A stretch of DNA of 64,000 bases from Thermoanaerobacter sp. (GCA_014896455.1 JADBKJ010000006.1:114793-178792); one strand, 5' to 3'; counted from the stretch's first letter, positions 34,016 through 43,687 are shown. Made by a program: numbers and translations. Notes: generated by a model not told the origin, from the letters alone.

Positions 34016-34172
34016 GGAAGGTCTTAGGTTTATAACCAAAGACAAATTACTGTTTAATGTTATGACAGCATTTTTCGATTTCAGGGTAGGGTATTTTCAG
34101 CAAGTAGCGTTATGTCTACAGTGGGAGAGTCTAAACGTATAAAATTTAAAAAGAAAGTGAGGTTAGTGTCTT

Positions 34173-34364
34173 ATGAAAAAGAAAGTAATATTGATATTAG
34201 TTGCTACTTTATTGGTTGTGTTTTTTGTAACAAACTATTTTTATGCAACTGAGGGACAATGGAAGTATTTAGGAAAGAAAGATTATCAATTACTATATCG
34301 TATAGATAATGTACCGCTTGGGGGTAATAATATCAATAGCGGGTTAAAATTGAGCTACTTTTAA
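34173..34364 (+). pseudogene. Chimeric 63-aa ORF: secreted-protein N-terminus fused to the 67-bp repeat
   Basis: Signal-like MKKKVILILVATLLVVFFV; the last 14 aa are encoded by the repeat; a frameshifted copy lies on the - strand in the left inverted arm. Confidence 0.5.
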
Positions 34365-34478
34365 TAATTTTAAATTAAGTTGTTGATTTCAGGCAGCTAA
34401 GAAGCACATCTTAAGACTTTTATGTAAAAAGTTTTTGGGATGAACTCAGCATAAAAATTCTTTAAGGGGAGAAAGAAA

Positions 34479-34700
34479 ATGAAACCGTCTAGATATAACT
34501 TTTTCTTTGACTTTCCTGAAGAGCCGGAGAAAATAGTAGCTTATAACTCAAGAACAGGAGCTTTAGCCTTAATGGAAAAAAAGAATTATAACAAGTATAA
34601 AAATTATGTGGAAAAAGGCATTTCAATTGATGACAGTAAATTAATAGAAGATTTGAAAAAAGGCCAATTTTTCTTAGATGACAATGTTGATGAACTACAA
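34479..34700 (+). pseudogene. N-terminal part of a radical SAM/SPASM peptide maturase
   Basis: RBS AAGGGGAG; MKPSRYNFFF...YNSRTGALALM...LKKGQFFLDDNVDELQ, typical pre-SAM domain; breaks at ~34700. Confidence 0.7.
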
Positions 34701-35063
34701 TGTTATTTGTATAAATGATAATCGCAAGTTCTTAAATTGTTCCACTACTTCCCTTGTCAAGTTATACCCATTTGTTATAATAGATGCTCCATACATAACT
34801 TCGTTTTCATCACAGAGTTTTATAATTTTTTTTGACATATTTTTAACAATGTCAAAAGCTAATAAAGGTTCCCCTCCATACCAAGTAATATTTACACTCT
34901 GCAAATACTTTATCTGCCGCTTTATATATTCAATTATTTTACGCTGCACTTCTTCGCTCATAAATACATTTTTCTGACTATCCTTTTCATAACAATATAC
35001 ACAGGCAAAATTACACCCTAGTGTAGGTGCAATAGTTAAACCCAAATATCCTGCAGAAGCCAA
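34698..35063 (-). pseudogene. Radical SAM core of the same gene, inverted
   Basis: LTIAPTLGCNFACVYCYE (CxxxCxxC), WYGGEPLL, IITNGY, ends at IQITL where DG would follow. Confidence 0.85.
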
Positions 35064-35235
35064 ATGTTAAAAAATGGCATGAACTAAATTCAGCAAAAGT
35101 TAACCCGATTGCATCAGAGCACTAAGAGACTTAAACTCATCAAATTTACCCAGTTTAATAGCTACTCGGCGGAAAGTCCAATAAGAAGGAAGATGAGAAT
35201 AACCCTTACGGCCAGGACTAGAGGAAGGTAATTCA

Positions 35236-35278
35236 GGTAAACACCTCACACCTTTTGAAAGAGGGAGAATTTCTGCTC
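35236..35278 (+). mobile_element. IS30-family transposase N-terminal fragment, first half
   Basis: GKHLTPFERGRISA; the reading frame continues on the - strand at 37248-37178. Confidence 0.7.
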
Positions 35279-35411
35279 AAGATTTTTAAACATATTTATT
35301 AGATAGAAGAACTTAAATTGATAGGAAGCGTTTACGACAGTGATTCATATGTAAGACATATTTTAGAGTGCTTGTCAAAAATAATAGTGCAAAAGTAAGG
35401 AGGAGAAAAGT

Positions 35412-37160
35412 ATGAATATTCTTGTTATTGTTGGTATTGGTACGCTAATTCTTCTCTTAGCTTATTTTACGTATGGAAAGTTCATTAGCGAGAAAGTATA
35501 CGAACTTGACGATTCGAGAGTGGTCCCAGCCGTCGAAATGGAAGACGGAGTAGATTTCATTCCGACAGATGCAAGATATTTAGCAGGTCAGCACTTCTCA
35601 GCCATCGCCGCTGCAGGTCCAGTAACAGGTCCGATCATCGCAGGTATGACCTATGGTTGGTTGCCAACTTTACTTTGGATTCTCTTTGGCAGTATTTTTA
35701 TCGGCGGTGTTCATGACATGGGGGCTTTGGTTGCTTCGATTCGCCATAAAGCGGCGGGTATCGCAGATACGCTGAGAAATTACGTCTCAAAACGAGTCTG
35801 GATTCTTTTCAATCTTTTCATATTCTTTGCCCTTGTGATGATTATTGTGGCTTTCACGGATATTACAACTTCATCTTTTGTCAATACAATCGAATTGGCT
35901 GATGGCAGAGTCGTCGGTGGAGGCGCAATCGCCACCTCTTCTATTCTGTATCTGATCCTACCTGTGATCATGGGCCTATTACTGAGATACACAAAAATAA
36001 AGCTCAGTGTGGCAACAGCTATCTTCCTGCCGTTGGTTGGGGTTGCTATTTGGGTTGGTCAATATATACCGCTCAACTTACAGGATGTTCTAGGCCTAGC
36101 TTCTCCTGAGGATGCTCAGAGGATATGGAATTTTATAATCATACTGTACTGTTTCGTTGCAGGAATTATACCTGCATGGCTTCTTTTGCAGCCGCGTGGT
36201 CACCTGGGTGGTTGGTTCTTGTATGCCACGCTGGTTGTAGCGTTCATCGGTATCCTCTTCGGTGGGTTCGATACGCAATTTCCGGCGTGGACAAATGCGT
36301 TCGGTAGTGAAAACTTCTGGACTCCTATGATACCGATGCTGTTTATCACAGTTGCTTGCGGTGCCTGTTCCGGCTTCCACAGCTTGGTAAGTTCCGGAAC
36401 AACTTCTAAGCAATTGGCGAAGGAGAGTGACGCCAGACCCATAGGTTATGGCATGATGCTTGCTGAAGCAGCTGTTGCTATGGTTGCATTGGCGACAGTT
36501 ATGATGCTTCCAAAAGGCGATACTCTCCTGAACAAATCACCTAACTTCATCTATGCCAGTGGACTTGGTTCTTTCATGGAATTAATCGGTATCAGCAAAG
36601 CTTTTGGTATTTCCTTTGGGTTGATGGCATTCGCGACTTTCGTCTATGACACCTTAGACGTCTGCATCCGGCTCGGTCGCTTCGTCATACAAGAAATCAC
36701 CGGCTGGAAAGGCTGGACCGGCCGTGTTATTTCGGCCTTATTGACTGTGGGAATTCCACTAGCTCTAATGTCAATTAACCTGACTGACCCGAATGGAAAC
36801 CCGATTCCAATATGGAGCCTGTTCTGGAAGACCTTCGGTGCATCTAACCAGCTGCTTGCCGCCTTGGCATTAGTCGGAATTACCGTATGGCTGCAAAGAA
36901 CCGCCAAAAACCCAAAAGCTTGGTTGGCAACATTTATTCCTGCTATATTCATGTTTGTTATGAGCACTTGGGCGTTGTTTAACATGATGGCATCCTATAC
37001 TTTCAAAGACGGTGTTTTCGTGATGCCGTCGGGATCTAATATTGTTGTCCCGTTTTTGTGTTTGATTTATATCATCCTTGCTATATGGGTTGTCATTGAG
37101 TGTGCACCGGTGATAATTAAAAATACCAAACGACCGACGAGTTCAGCACTCTCCAGATAG
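35412..37160 (+). CDS. cstA: Carbon starvation protein A family transporter (peptide/pyruvate)
   Basis: PAVEMEDGVDF, GQHFSAIAAAGPVTGP, GGVHDMG, LLQPRGHLGG, ITVACGACSGFHSLVSSGTTSKQL, FGASNQLLAALAL; visibly higher GC than the flanks. Confidence 0.95.
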   Translation: MNILVIVGIGTLILLLAYFTYGKFISEKVYELDDSRVVPAVEMEDGVDFIPTDARYLAGQHFSAIAAAGPVTGPIIAGMTYGWLPTLLWILFGSIFIGGVHDMGALVASIRHKAAGIADTLRNYVSKRVWILFNLFIFFALVMIIVAFTDITTSSFVNTIELADGRVVGGGAIATSSILYLILPVIMGLLLRYTKIKLSVATAIFLPLVGVAIWVGQYIPLNLQDVLGLASPEDAQRIWNFIIILYCFVAGIIPAWLLLQPRGHLGGWFLYATLVVAFIGILFGGFDTQFPAWTNAFGSENFWTPMIPMLFITVACGACSGFHSLVSSGTTSKQLAKESDARPIGYGMMLAEAAVAMVALATVMMLPKGDTLLNKSPNFIYASGLGSFMELIGISKAFGISFGLMAFATFVYDTLDVCIRLGRFVIQEITGWKGWTGRVISALLTVGIPLALMSINLTDPNGNPIPIWSLFWKTFGASNQLLAALALVGITVWLQRTAKNPKAWLATFIPAIFMFVMSTWALFNMMASYTFKDGVFVMPSGSNIVVPFLCLIYIILAIWVVIECAPVIIKNTKRPTSSALSR

Positions 37161-37177
37161 AATTTAGACATCAATTA

Positions 37178-37267
37178 GTGTAAATTTTGCTGCGGTTACA
37201 GCCGAAGTTTTGCAGCAATTTGTGCTGGTGAGAAACCTTCTTTTAGGAGAGCAGAAATTCTCCCTCT
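37178..37267 (-). mobile_element. IS30-family transposase HTH fragment, second half
   Basis: RGRISALLKEGFSPAQIAAKL, then after a frameshift GCNRSKIY; first 19 bp are an inverted copy of 35260-35278. Confidence 0.7.
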
Positions 37268-37303
37268 ATTTTAGTTTTTTCTCTTACCTCTTCCTTTATT
37301 ATT

Positions 37304-37600
37304 ATGATAATTTCCTATTTTGTTGTGGGAATTGGGCAAACCATATTCAATGTAAATATGGTGTCAATATTACAGAAAATTATACCAATTGATTTAAGAG
37401 GAAAAGTATTTTCCATAGTTCAGGCACTTACTACAGCACTTATACCGATTTCATATGGTGTATTTGGTATATTAGGAAATTATTTTAAAACAAGCCATAT
37501 ATTTATACTTACATCGGTGGCACTTTTAACAGGTGGAATCTATGTATTTCTTAGCGGAAAATTAATAGAGGGAACTAAAAAAGTTAAGGAAAATATATAA
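37304..37600 (+). pseudogene. C-terminal fragment of an MFS exporter
   Basis: SILQKIIPIDLRGKVFSIVQAL..ALIPISYGVFGILG; only the last ~3 TM helices remain. Confidence 0.7.
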
Positions 37601-37670
37601 TATATATGAAAAGCACCAAATAAAGGAAAAATTATATAAAATTATAATTTTTCTTACAGACAGGATTGGG

Positions 37671-37817
37671 AAAAAGTATGATGAAATATTTGTGATGAGA
37701 GATGGAGAAATCATTGAAAGAGGCACATTAGATGAGCTATTAGAAAAGAGAAGGTATTTCTATTATATGTATAATTATGGAATTGACGAGAAAGAAGCAG
37801 TAAAGGAAGTTATATGA
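37671..37817 (+). pseudogene. C-terminal fragment of an ABC exporter ATPase
   Basis: KKYDEIFVMRDGEIIERGTLDELLEKRRYFYYMY...EVI*; first 39 bp are identical to 53302-53340. Confidence 0.7.
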
Positions 37818-38079
37818 AAGGATTCAAAATATAGCATTGAAGCAACTTACAGAGTATATGGTGTTATTCATCTCCCTTATTATATTATTTGGTTTTAAAA
37901 GTTATCCTTTACCAAGGGCTGAAAAAATACCAGTCGACAGGAGAATTGTGATTAAGACTATAAATTGCGTGACAGATAAAGCCTATAAAATTTGATGCTT
38001 TTGAAAATAAATTGGATTGAATTTTTCTAATCTTATGATATAATAGAAGCAAAAGAACTTAAAAAAATTGAATATCAAA

Positions 38080-38165
38080 GTGCTAGGGGAGCCAGAAATG
38101 GCTGAGAGGGGATTCGTTCCCGACCCTTAGAACCTGACCAGGGTAATGCCTGCGAAGGGAAGCAC
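38080..38165 (+). promoter_or_regulatory. TPP riboswitch (THI box)
   Basis: GTGCTAGGGGAGCC..GGCTGAGAGG..GACCCTTAGAACCTGA..GGGTAATGCCTGCGAAGGGAAGCAC; upstream of thiD. Confidence 0.96.
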
Positions 38166-38186
38166 GTTTTACGGAATCTGTAAAAA

Positions 38187-38216
38187 GTGCTCACCTTTTC
38201 AGGTGGGCATATTTTT
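38187..38216 (+). terminator. Riboswitch expression-platform terminator
   Basis: GTGCTCACCT-tttc-AGGTGGGCAT plus T-rich tail; its 5' GTGCT can compete for the P1 3' strand AGCAC. Confidence 0.8.
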
Positions 38217-38236
38217 ATTATCTTGGAGGTGAGTAT

Positions 38237-39034
38237 ATGAAACTAGCTCTTACAATTGCTGGTTCAGATTCAGGAGGAGGAGCAGGAATCCAGGCAGATT
38301 TGAAAACTTTTTCTGCCCACGGAGTATTTGGAATGAGCGTCATTACTTCAATAACGGCTCAGAATACTCAAGGAGTATTAGGGATTTTAGATGTTACTCC
38401 AGAAATGGTTTATTTGCAAATGAAAGCTATTTTTGAGGATTTGTATCCGGATGCAGTTAAGATAGGCATGGTATCCAATGAAGAGATTATAAAAACTATC
38501 GCAAAGGGCTTAAAAGAATACGGAGTAGAAAAAGTTGTTTTAGACCCAGTCATGATTGCGAAGAGTGGAGACCCTCTTTTAAAACCCGAGGCGATGAAAG
38601 CATTAAAGGAGGAGCTGTTGCCATTAAGCCTTGTTGTTACGCCAAATTTGATGGAAGCTAAGGAATTAACAGGAATGGAGATAAAGAACATTTCGGATAT
38701 GAAGGAAGCTGCAAAGAAAATTTTAAGTTTAGGCGCAAAGGTAGTTTTGGTAAAGGGCGGACATTTAGAAGGAGAAGCGGTGGATGTGTTTTATGATGGA
38801 GTAAAATTTTACGAAATTAAAGCGGAGAGAATTAACACTAAAAACACACATGGGACAGGATGCACTTTTTCATCAGCTATAGCAGCAAACTTGGCTTTAG
38901 GATATGATTTGTTAGAGGCGGTGAAGAGGGCTAAAAGGTACATCACAGGAGCCATAAAAAATTCTCTTTCTATAGGGCATGGAGTGGGACCCACAAATCA
39001 TTTCTGGAATGTTGAATTTAAAAGGATTGAATAA
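38237..39034 (+). CDS. thiD: Hydroxymethylpyrimidine/phosphomethylpyrimidine kinase
   Basis: [57 protein letters not shown]. Confidence 0.97.
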   Translation: MKLALTIAGSDSGGGAGIQADLKTFSAHGVFGMSVITSITAQNTQGVLGILDVTPEMVYLQMKAIFEDLYPDAVKIGMVSNEEIIKTIAKGLKEYGVEKVVLDPVMIAKSGDPLLKPEAMKALKEELLPLSLVVTPNLMEAKELTGMEIKNISDMKEAAKKILSLGAKVVLVKGGHLEGEAVDVFYDGVKFYEIKAERINTKNTHGTGCTFSSAIAANLALGYDLLEAVKRAKRYITGAIKNSLSIGHGVGPTNHFWNVEFKRIE

Positions 39035-39049
39035 GGGGGTAAAGGTTGT

Positions 39050-39104
39050 AAACAGTAGGGACGGTTCCTCTTGCCCGTTTTTTAGGTGAAAGGAACCGTC
39101 TGTT
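39050..39104. repeat. Diverged GACGGTTCCT/AGGAACCGTC palindrome (REP-like); may terminate thiD
   Basis: Same arm sequence as the 65-bp elements at 52969 and 57345, with a different loop. Confidence 0.7.
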
Positions 39105-39174
39105 TTTTTATCTGAATACCTGAATGATATATTTCTAAATTTAGGATATTTTAAATATGTCTATAAGCAAAAAG

Positions 39175-39591
39175 TCAGCTATTTTTTTCATAATAACTTT
39201 GAGTAATTAGCAATGTTATAAACATAATTACTATTAAGGCAAATAGAGTTAGTCCCACAATCATAAAAAGGAGATTGTTTGTAATACTATATAACATTAA
39301 AAAGAAAACTCCAAAAACTAAACAAATATTGTTCATAAACTTTAGGGTGCTCTGAGTGCTTTTCATGACAATATATAGATCTCGTTCATCTGCATTTTCA
39401 AGTAAATCATCTTTAAAACCTACATTTTTTCGGTATAAAAATATATTTACCGCAAAAAGTCCAAAGGCAAAAGCAGCAGCAATCAAATATTTCATTTCAT
39501 ACCCTTTTGTTGTATAAGCATAAAAACTTCCAATTAGCAAAGAAATACTAACAATTACATATATCAAATTTCTTTCACTTTTTGGGTTCAT
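39175..39591 (-). CDS. Small 4-TM membrane protein with a DER motif (DUF2178-like)
   Basis: Hydrophobic helices flanking ENADERDLYI; overlaps the stop of the upstream XRE gene. Confidence 0.65.
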   Translation of the reverse strand: MNPKSERNLIYVIVSISLLIGSFYAYTTKGYEMKYLIAAAFAFGLFAVNIFLYRKNVGFKDDLLENADERDLYIVMKSTQSTLKFMNNICLVFGVFFLMLYSITNNLLFMIVGLTLFALIVIMFITLLITQSYYEKNS

Positions 39592-39808
39592 ATTTTTTTT
39601 CCTCCTCTTTCATATTTTCCTCTAAACAGTACAAATCTTCAATTGTCGTTCCAAATACGAGAGCTAAGCGGTACGCTAACATTAGCGATGGATTGTATTT
39701 TCCTTGTTCCAATGAAATAATGGTTCTTGTTGAGACGTGTACGGCTTCTGCTAGCTGCTGCTGAGTCATGCCCTTTTTCAATCTATATTCTCGTATTTTA
39801 TTTTTCAA
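39575..39808 (-). CDS. XRE-family HTH transcriptional regulator
   Basis: KNKIREYRLKKGMTQQQLAEAVHVSTRTIISLEQGKYNPSLMLAYRLA; start TTG 39808 or ATG 39814. Confidence 0.93.
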   Translation of the reverse strand: MKNKIREYRLKKGMTQQQLAEAVHVSTRTIISLEQGKYNPSLMLAYRLALVFGTTIEDLYCLEENMKEEEKKYEPKK

Positions 39809-39823
39809 CCGCATCCCCCTTCG

Positions 39824-39886
39824 ATGTGAAGTAAACTTCATGTGAAGCTTACTTCACATTATAGCCTGTGATTTTTGTTTTGTCAA
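39824..39886 (-). promoter_or_regulatory. Promoter and palindromic operator of the XRE operon
   Basis: Perfect TTGACA-17-TATAAT on - (39886-39858); ATGTGAAGTAA...TTACTTCACAT at 39824-39859 covers the transcription start. Confidence 0.8.
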
Positions 39887-40090
39887 TACCAAAAGTAGGA
39901 TTATAATGAAATTTTAAAAACTGATAAAAATAAAATAGCATATTCTTTAGAAAGAGGAACATAATAAAACGCTCAAAAATCCCTAAAAAAGTAATATTAA
40001 CCAGTTTGTTAATTTTGCAATTTGACTTCTTTTTTGAATTGGTTTACAATCAAATTGATAAAAATTATATAAAAATGGGGGAAAAGTAAA

Positions 40091-41854
40091 ATGAGATGGT
40101 CGTTAGAAAAGCTTTATACCTCCTTTGACAGCGAAGAATTTAAAAAAGACAACGAAAAGATACTTTCATCAATTGAACACATAAAAAGGTGGTGCGAGAA
40201 AAACCTCCAAACAGATGAAAATGCAAAAGAAAAGCTTGAGTACTACATAAAGTTTAAAAATGAACTGGGAGACCTTTTAGTAAAAGTGAGGGGCTTTTCT
40301 TTGCTTTCCTTAAGTGTAGATGTTAAAAATGAAAAAGCCCTCAAAGCAGTTGAAACCCTTGAAAATGTTACAACAATGCTGGCAGAGCCTGAAACAAAAT
40401 TCAAAAGGTGGCTTTTAAACCTCAAAAGCGTAGATGAAATAATAGAATCCTCTTCATACCTCAAATCTCATGAGTTTTACGTAAAAGAAACAATAAAGGA
40501 AGCCGAACACCTCCTATCGGAAAAAGAAGAAATAATACTGGCAAAAATGAAAAACACTGGTTCAGAAGCATGGACAAAGTTACATGAGTTTTTAACCTCC
40601 ACACTACTTGTAGATATAAACATAAATGGAGAAGAAAAAAAACTGCCTCTTTCGGTTGTCAGAAACATGGCTTATGACAAGGACCCTTACATAAGAAAGA
40701 CTGCCTACTTTGCAGAATTAAATTCCTACAAAAGGATAGAAGAAGCTTCAGCCGCCTGTCTAAACGGAATAAAAGGTGAAGTCCTCACTGTAATAGAATT
40801 AAAAAAATACTCTTCTCCTCTCGAAATGACGTTACAGCGCTCTCGTATGGATTTTGAAACCCTTGATGCAATGTTAAAAGCCATAGAAGAATATTTACCA
40901 GTGTTTAGAAAATATTTAAAAGAAAAAGCAAAGCTTTTAGGTCACAAAGAAGGACTTCCTTTTTATGACCTCTTTGCCCCTGTAGGAAAACTGGACAAAA
41001 AACTTGCCTTTGAAGAGGTTAGAGAATTCATTGTAGAAAACTTCAAGTCTTTCAGTAAAGACTTGGCAGAATTTGCAAATAACGCTTTTAGAAATAATTG
41101 GATTGATGCAGAACCTAGAGAAGGCAAGAGAGGAGGAGCATTTTGCTTTAACCTGCATCCGATAAAAGAAAGCAGAATTCTCGCAAACTTTGATGGAAGT
41201 TTTTCTAATGTTTTGACATTAGCCCACGAATTAGGGCATGGGTATCACGGCCATCTACTGGCAGATGAAACATTAATAAACTCAAGGTACCCTATGCCCA
41301 TAGCTGAAACTGCCTCTATCTTTAATGAGCACATAATAGTAAACTCCGCATTAAAAACAGCAACTAAAGAAGAAAAACTGTCAATTATAGAAAATTCTCT
41401 CCAGCGCTCTACTCAAACCATAGTCGATATTTACTCAAGATTTTTATTTGAAGATGAACTCTTAAAAAGGCGAAAAGACCATTCCTTATCTGTGGAAGAA
41501 CTAAAACAAATGATGATAGATGCTCAGAAAAAAACTTATGGAGATGGACTTGACCAAAATTATATGCACCCTTACATGTGGATAAATAAACCCCACTATT
41601 ACGATGCTGACTTAAACTATTACAATTTCCCTTATGCTTTTGGTGAATTATTTGTAAAAGGCCTAATTTGCAAGTACAATCAAGAAGGAGAAAAATTCGT
41701 AGAGGAGTACAAAGAACTTTTATCCCAAACAGGCAAAAAAAATCTTTACGAATTAGGGAAAATCATGGGATTTGACATACATTCTATCGATTTCTGGAGA
41801 AAATCTCTCGATGTTATAAAAGAAGAAATAGAACAATTTATTTCACTGATATGA
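40091..41854 (+). CDS. pepF: Oligoendopeptidase F (M3B)
   Basis: WSLEKLY, WIDAEPREGKRGGAFC, TLAHELGHGYH, AETASIFNE, HYY...YYNFPYAFG. Confidence 0.93.
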   Translation: MRWSLEKLYTSFDSEEFKKDNEKILSSIEHIKRWCEKNLQTDENAKEKLEYYIKFKNELGDLLVKVRGFSLLSLSVDVKNEKALKAVETLENVTTMLAEPETKFKRWLLNLKSVDEIIESSSYLKSHEFYVKETIKEAEHLLSEKEEIILAKMKNTGSEAWTKLHEFLTSTLLVDININGEEKKLPLSVVRNMAYDKDPYIRKTAYFAELNSYKRIEEASAACLNGIKGEVLTVIELKKYSSPLEMTLQRSRMDFETLDAMLKAIEEYLPVFRKYLKEKAKLLGHKEGLPFYDLFAPVGKLDKKLAFEEVREFIVENFKSFSKDLAEFANNAFRNNWIDAEPREGKRGGAFCFNLHPIKESRILANFDGSFSNVLTLAHELGHGYHGHLLADETLINSRYPMPIAETASIFNEHIIVNSALKTATKEEKLSIIENSLQRSTQTIVDIYSRFLFEDELLKRRKDHSLSVEELKQMMIDAQKKTYGDGLDQNYMHPYMWINKPHYYDADLNYYNFPYAFGELFVKGLICKYNQEGEKFVEEYKELLSQTGKKNLYELGKIMGFDIHSIDFWRKSLDVIKEEIEQFISLI

Positions 41855-41928
41855 CTCCAAACCCAAACAAAAGGGATGGTTCATTTTTATGTTCTTCACC
41901 AAATGCTTCTAAATCGTAATAAAGCCCA

Positions 41929-41960
41929 TCTATTTTTTGCCACCACATGCGAGGTGGCTT
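41929..41960 (+). terminator. Terminator after pepF
   Basis: GCCACC-acatgcga-GGTGGC followed by T runs. Confidence 0.6.
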
Positions 41961-42093
41961 TTTTGTTTTTTAATAAAAAACACCTATAATTTTAGTTTAT
42001 ATTTGGATATTACAATTTCTAATTGGACTTTTACCACCGCTTGCCTTAAACTTTAAGTGAAAATAAATTTAACTTCAAAAAAGGAGTGGTACG

Positions 42094-43683
42094 ATGGAAG
42101 CAGCAAAAAAAATACAGAACCAAAATTCTTCTAAAATTAAACAGATTTTTGGTAGTCAGTGGTCATTTTTTTGGGCTGGTGTTGCTTTCGGAATAGCAGA
42201 GATTTTTTACATGTCGGCTACTTTGATAACTAATATCTTGAAAGGGAAAGAAGCAGTTTTAGATCCTATGACTGTTACTACAGACCTTGGCAAAATGTTC
42301 AGAACAGTTGAAGTTGTAACGGCAAAGATACTACATATAAATGATTTGCAATTATATGGTAAATCTATAGACGGGATCTCTGCTTCAGAGGGCGCCTTTA
42401 TACCTGGTATTGGATGGCAGATTATCGGTTTGATGATCGGAGGTTTGCTGGTTGCCTTATTTGAAAAGGATTACCGTTCATGGGTAAAGTATCCTCCAAA
42501 ACTTTTGCTTGTTAACTTTCTCGGGGGAGTGCTTTTCAGTTATGGAACGCGCTTGGCTGGTGGGTGTACTCTCAATCACCTAATCGGAGGAATACCTCTT
42601 ATGAGTATTCAGTCAACTGTTACTGTAATATTCATGGCTATTGGCGGAATAGCGGCTTTCTTTATAATGGGGAAATTAAAATTAGCAAGTTATTTTAAAC
42701 ATCAGGAAACACTGTCTTATGTAAAAAACAATGTAGACGATCCTGTGGAATCCATAACCTATGATCCAAAATACAAATATTACAAAAATCTAGTTTGGTG
42801 GTTGTTTTTGTTATTTATCGGATACTTTGTAATTGCAAATATTTTTGGAGGTATAGTTAATCCGTCTTTTCTACAGCATTCTAGTGGAGAAAAAATTCTA
42901 CCTTTTAGCAAGTCTATAGTTGATAAAGGGGCAATTTATGTTTTATTAACATTGCTAGCAGGCATTATTGGAGGCTTTGGACTTGCAAAAAGTGGTTATG
43001 GAACTGAATGTGCTTTAATAAGTCTAGAAACAGGTAAAAGCATGACAAAAAATGATAGCTTCTATGCAAAATTAGGAATACCGCGCATTACAAGAGTATT
43101 AATGAGAGGCTATTTACCTATGATTGGTATAGTAACTACATGGGTAATTATGCTAGCTTTTATACTCATAGGATGGATATTTTTTGGAGCACATCCCGGA
43201 TTTGAAGAAGGGATAAAAGAACAATTGACCTTTGGAAACGTTATTGGTGGATTTTTATTGGGAATGGGAGCAGTATTATTAATAGGATGTGAAATTCGCA
43301 CTTACATGAGAATAGGTTTGGGATATTTAGGATCTTGGGTTGGATTCTTAGGCTTTGCTGTAGGATACCTGCCATTTACCCTTTTTTATGAACAGCATAT
43401 GAATTTTCTAAAAGCTACAAGAGTTACTGAAACTTTCAAGTGGTACCAATTGTTCTTCCCCAATAGCGAAATTTTACAAAAAGCAACTCTTTTTGCCTGG
43501 TGGCTGCTTTTGGTGTATTTCCTAGTATATTTGATAAAACAAGGGGCTCATAACATTGGCGTTGATGAAAACAAAATAGTAAACACTAATACAGAAAATT
43601 TAATGGGAGAAATAGGCGTTACTGTTAAAAAAGGTGAAACTATAAGTGTGCCAGTGTCAAGACCTGCTGAACTTACCGAATAG
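42094..43683 (+). CDS. YeeE/YedE (TsuA-like) sulfur-oxyanion transporter, halves in swapped order
   Basis: Polytopic; RLAGGCTLNHLIGG, AKSGYGTEC, VLLIGCEIR. Confidence 0.85.
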   Translation: MEAAKKIQNQNSSKIKQIFGSQWSFFWAGVAFGIAEIFYMSATLITNILKGKEAVLDPMTVTTDLGKMFRTVEVVTAKILHINDLQLYGKSIDGISASEGAFIPGIGWQIIGLMIGGLLVALFEKDYRSWVKYPPKLLLVNFLGGVLFSYGTRLAGGCTLNHLIGGIPLMSIQSTVTVIFMAIGGIAAFFIMGKLKLASYFKHQETLSYVKNNVDDPVESITYDPKYKYYKNLVWWLFLLFIGYFVIANIFGGIVNPSFLQHSSGEKILPFSKSIVDKGAIYVLLTLLAGIIGGFGLAKSGYGTECALISLETGKSMTKNDSFYAKLGIPRITRVLMRGYLPMIGIVTTWVIMLAFILIGWIFFGAHPGFEEGIKEQLTFGNVIGGFLLGMGAVLLIGCEIRTYMRIGLGYLGSWVGFLGFAVGYLPFTLFYEQHMNFLKATRVTETFKWYQLFFPNSEILQKATLFAWWLLLVYFLVYLIKQGAHNIGVDENKIVNTNTENLMGEIGVTVKKGETISVPVSRPAELTE

Positions 43684-43687
43684 CTAA

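Larger units (their letters stand above)
33548..34387. repeat. Nested repeat: 67-bp direct repeats (33548-33614, 34321-34387) around ~215-bp inverted repeats (33615-33829, 34056-34277)
   Basis: Direct copies are identical (GGGGTAATAATATCAATAGCGGG...TTAAGTTGTTGAT); inverted arms differ by a few small indels and substitutions. Confidence 0.93.

Noticed and set aside
34173-34364. 63-aa ORF as the RiPP precursor for the adjacent radical SAM
   Set aside because: It lies in the inserted fold-back, has a Sec-type N-terminus and no Cys, and its tail is borrowed from the 67-bp repeat.
35320-35340. GGAAGCGTTTAC as a cre/LacI-type operator for cstA
   Set aside because: Only a partial match to TGWAAGCGYTWWCA; too weak to call.
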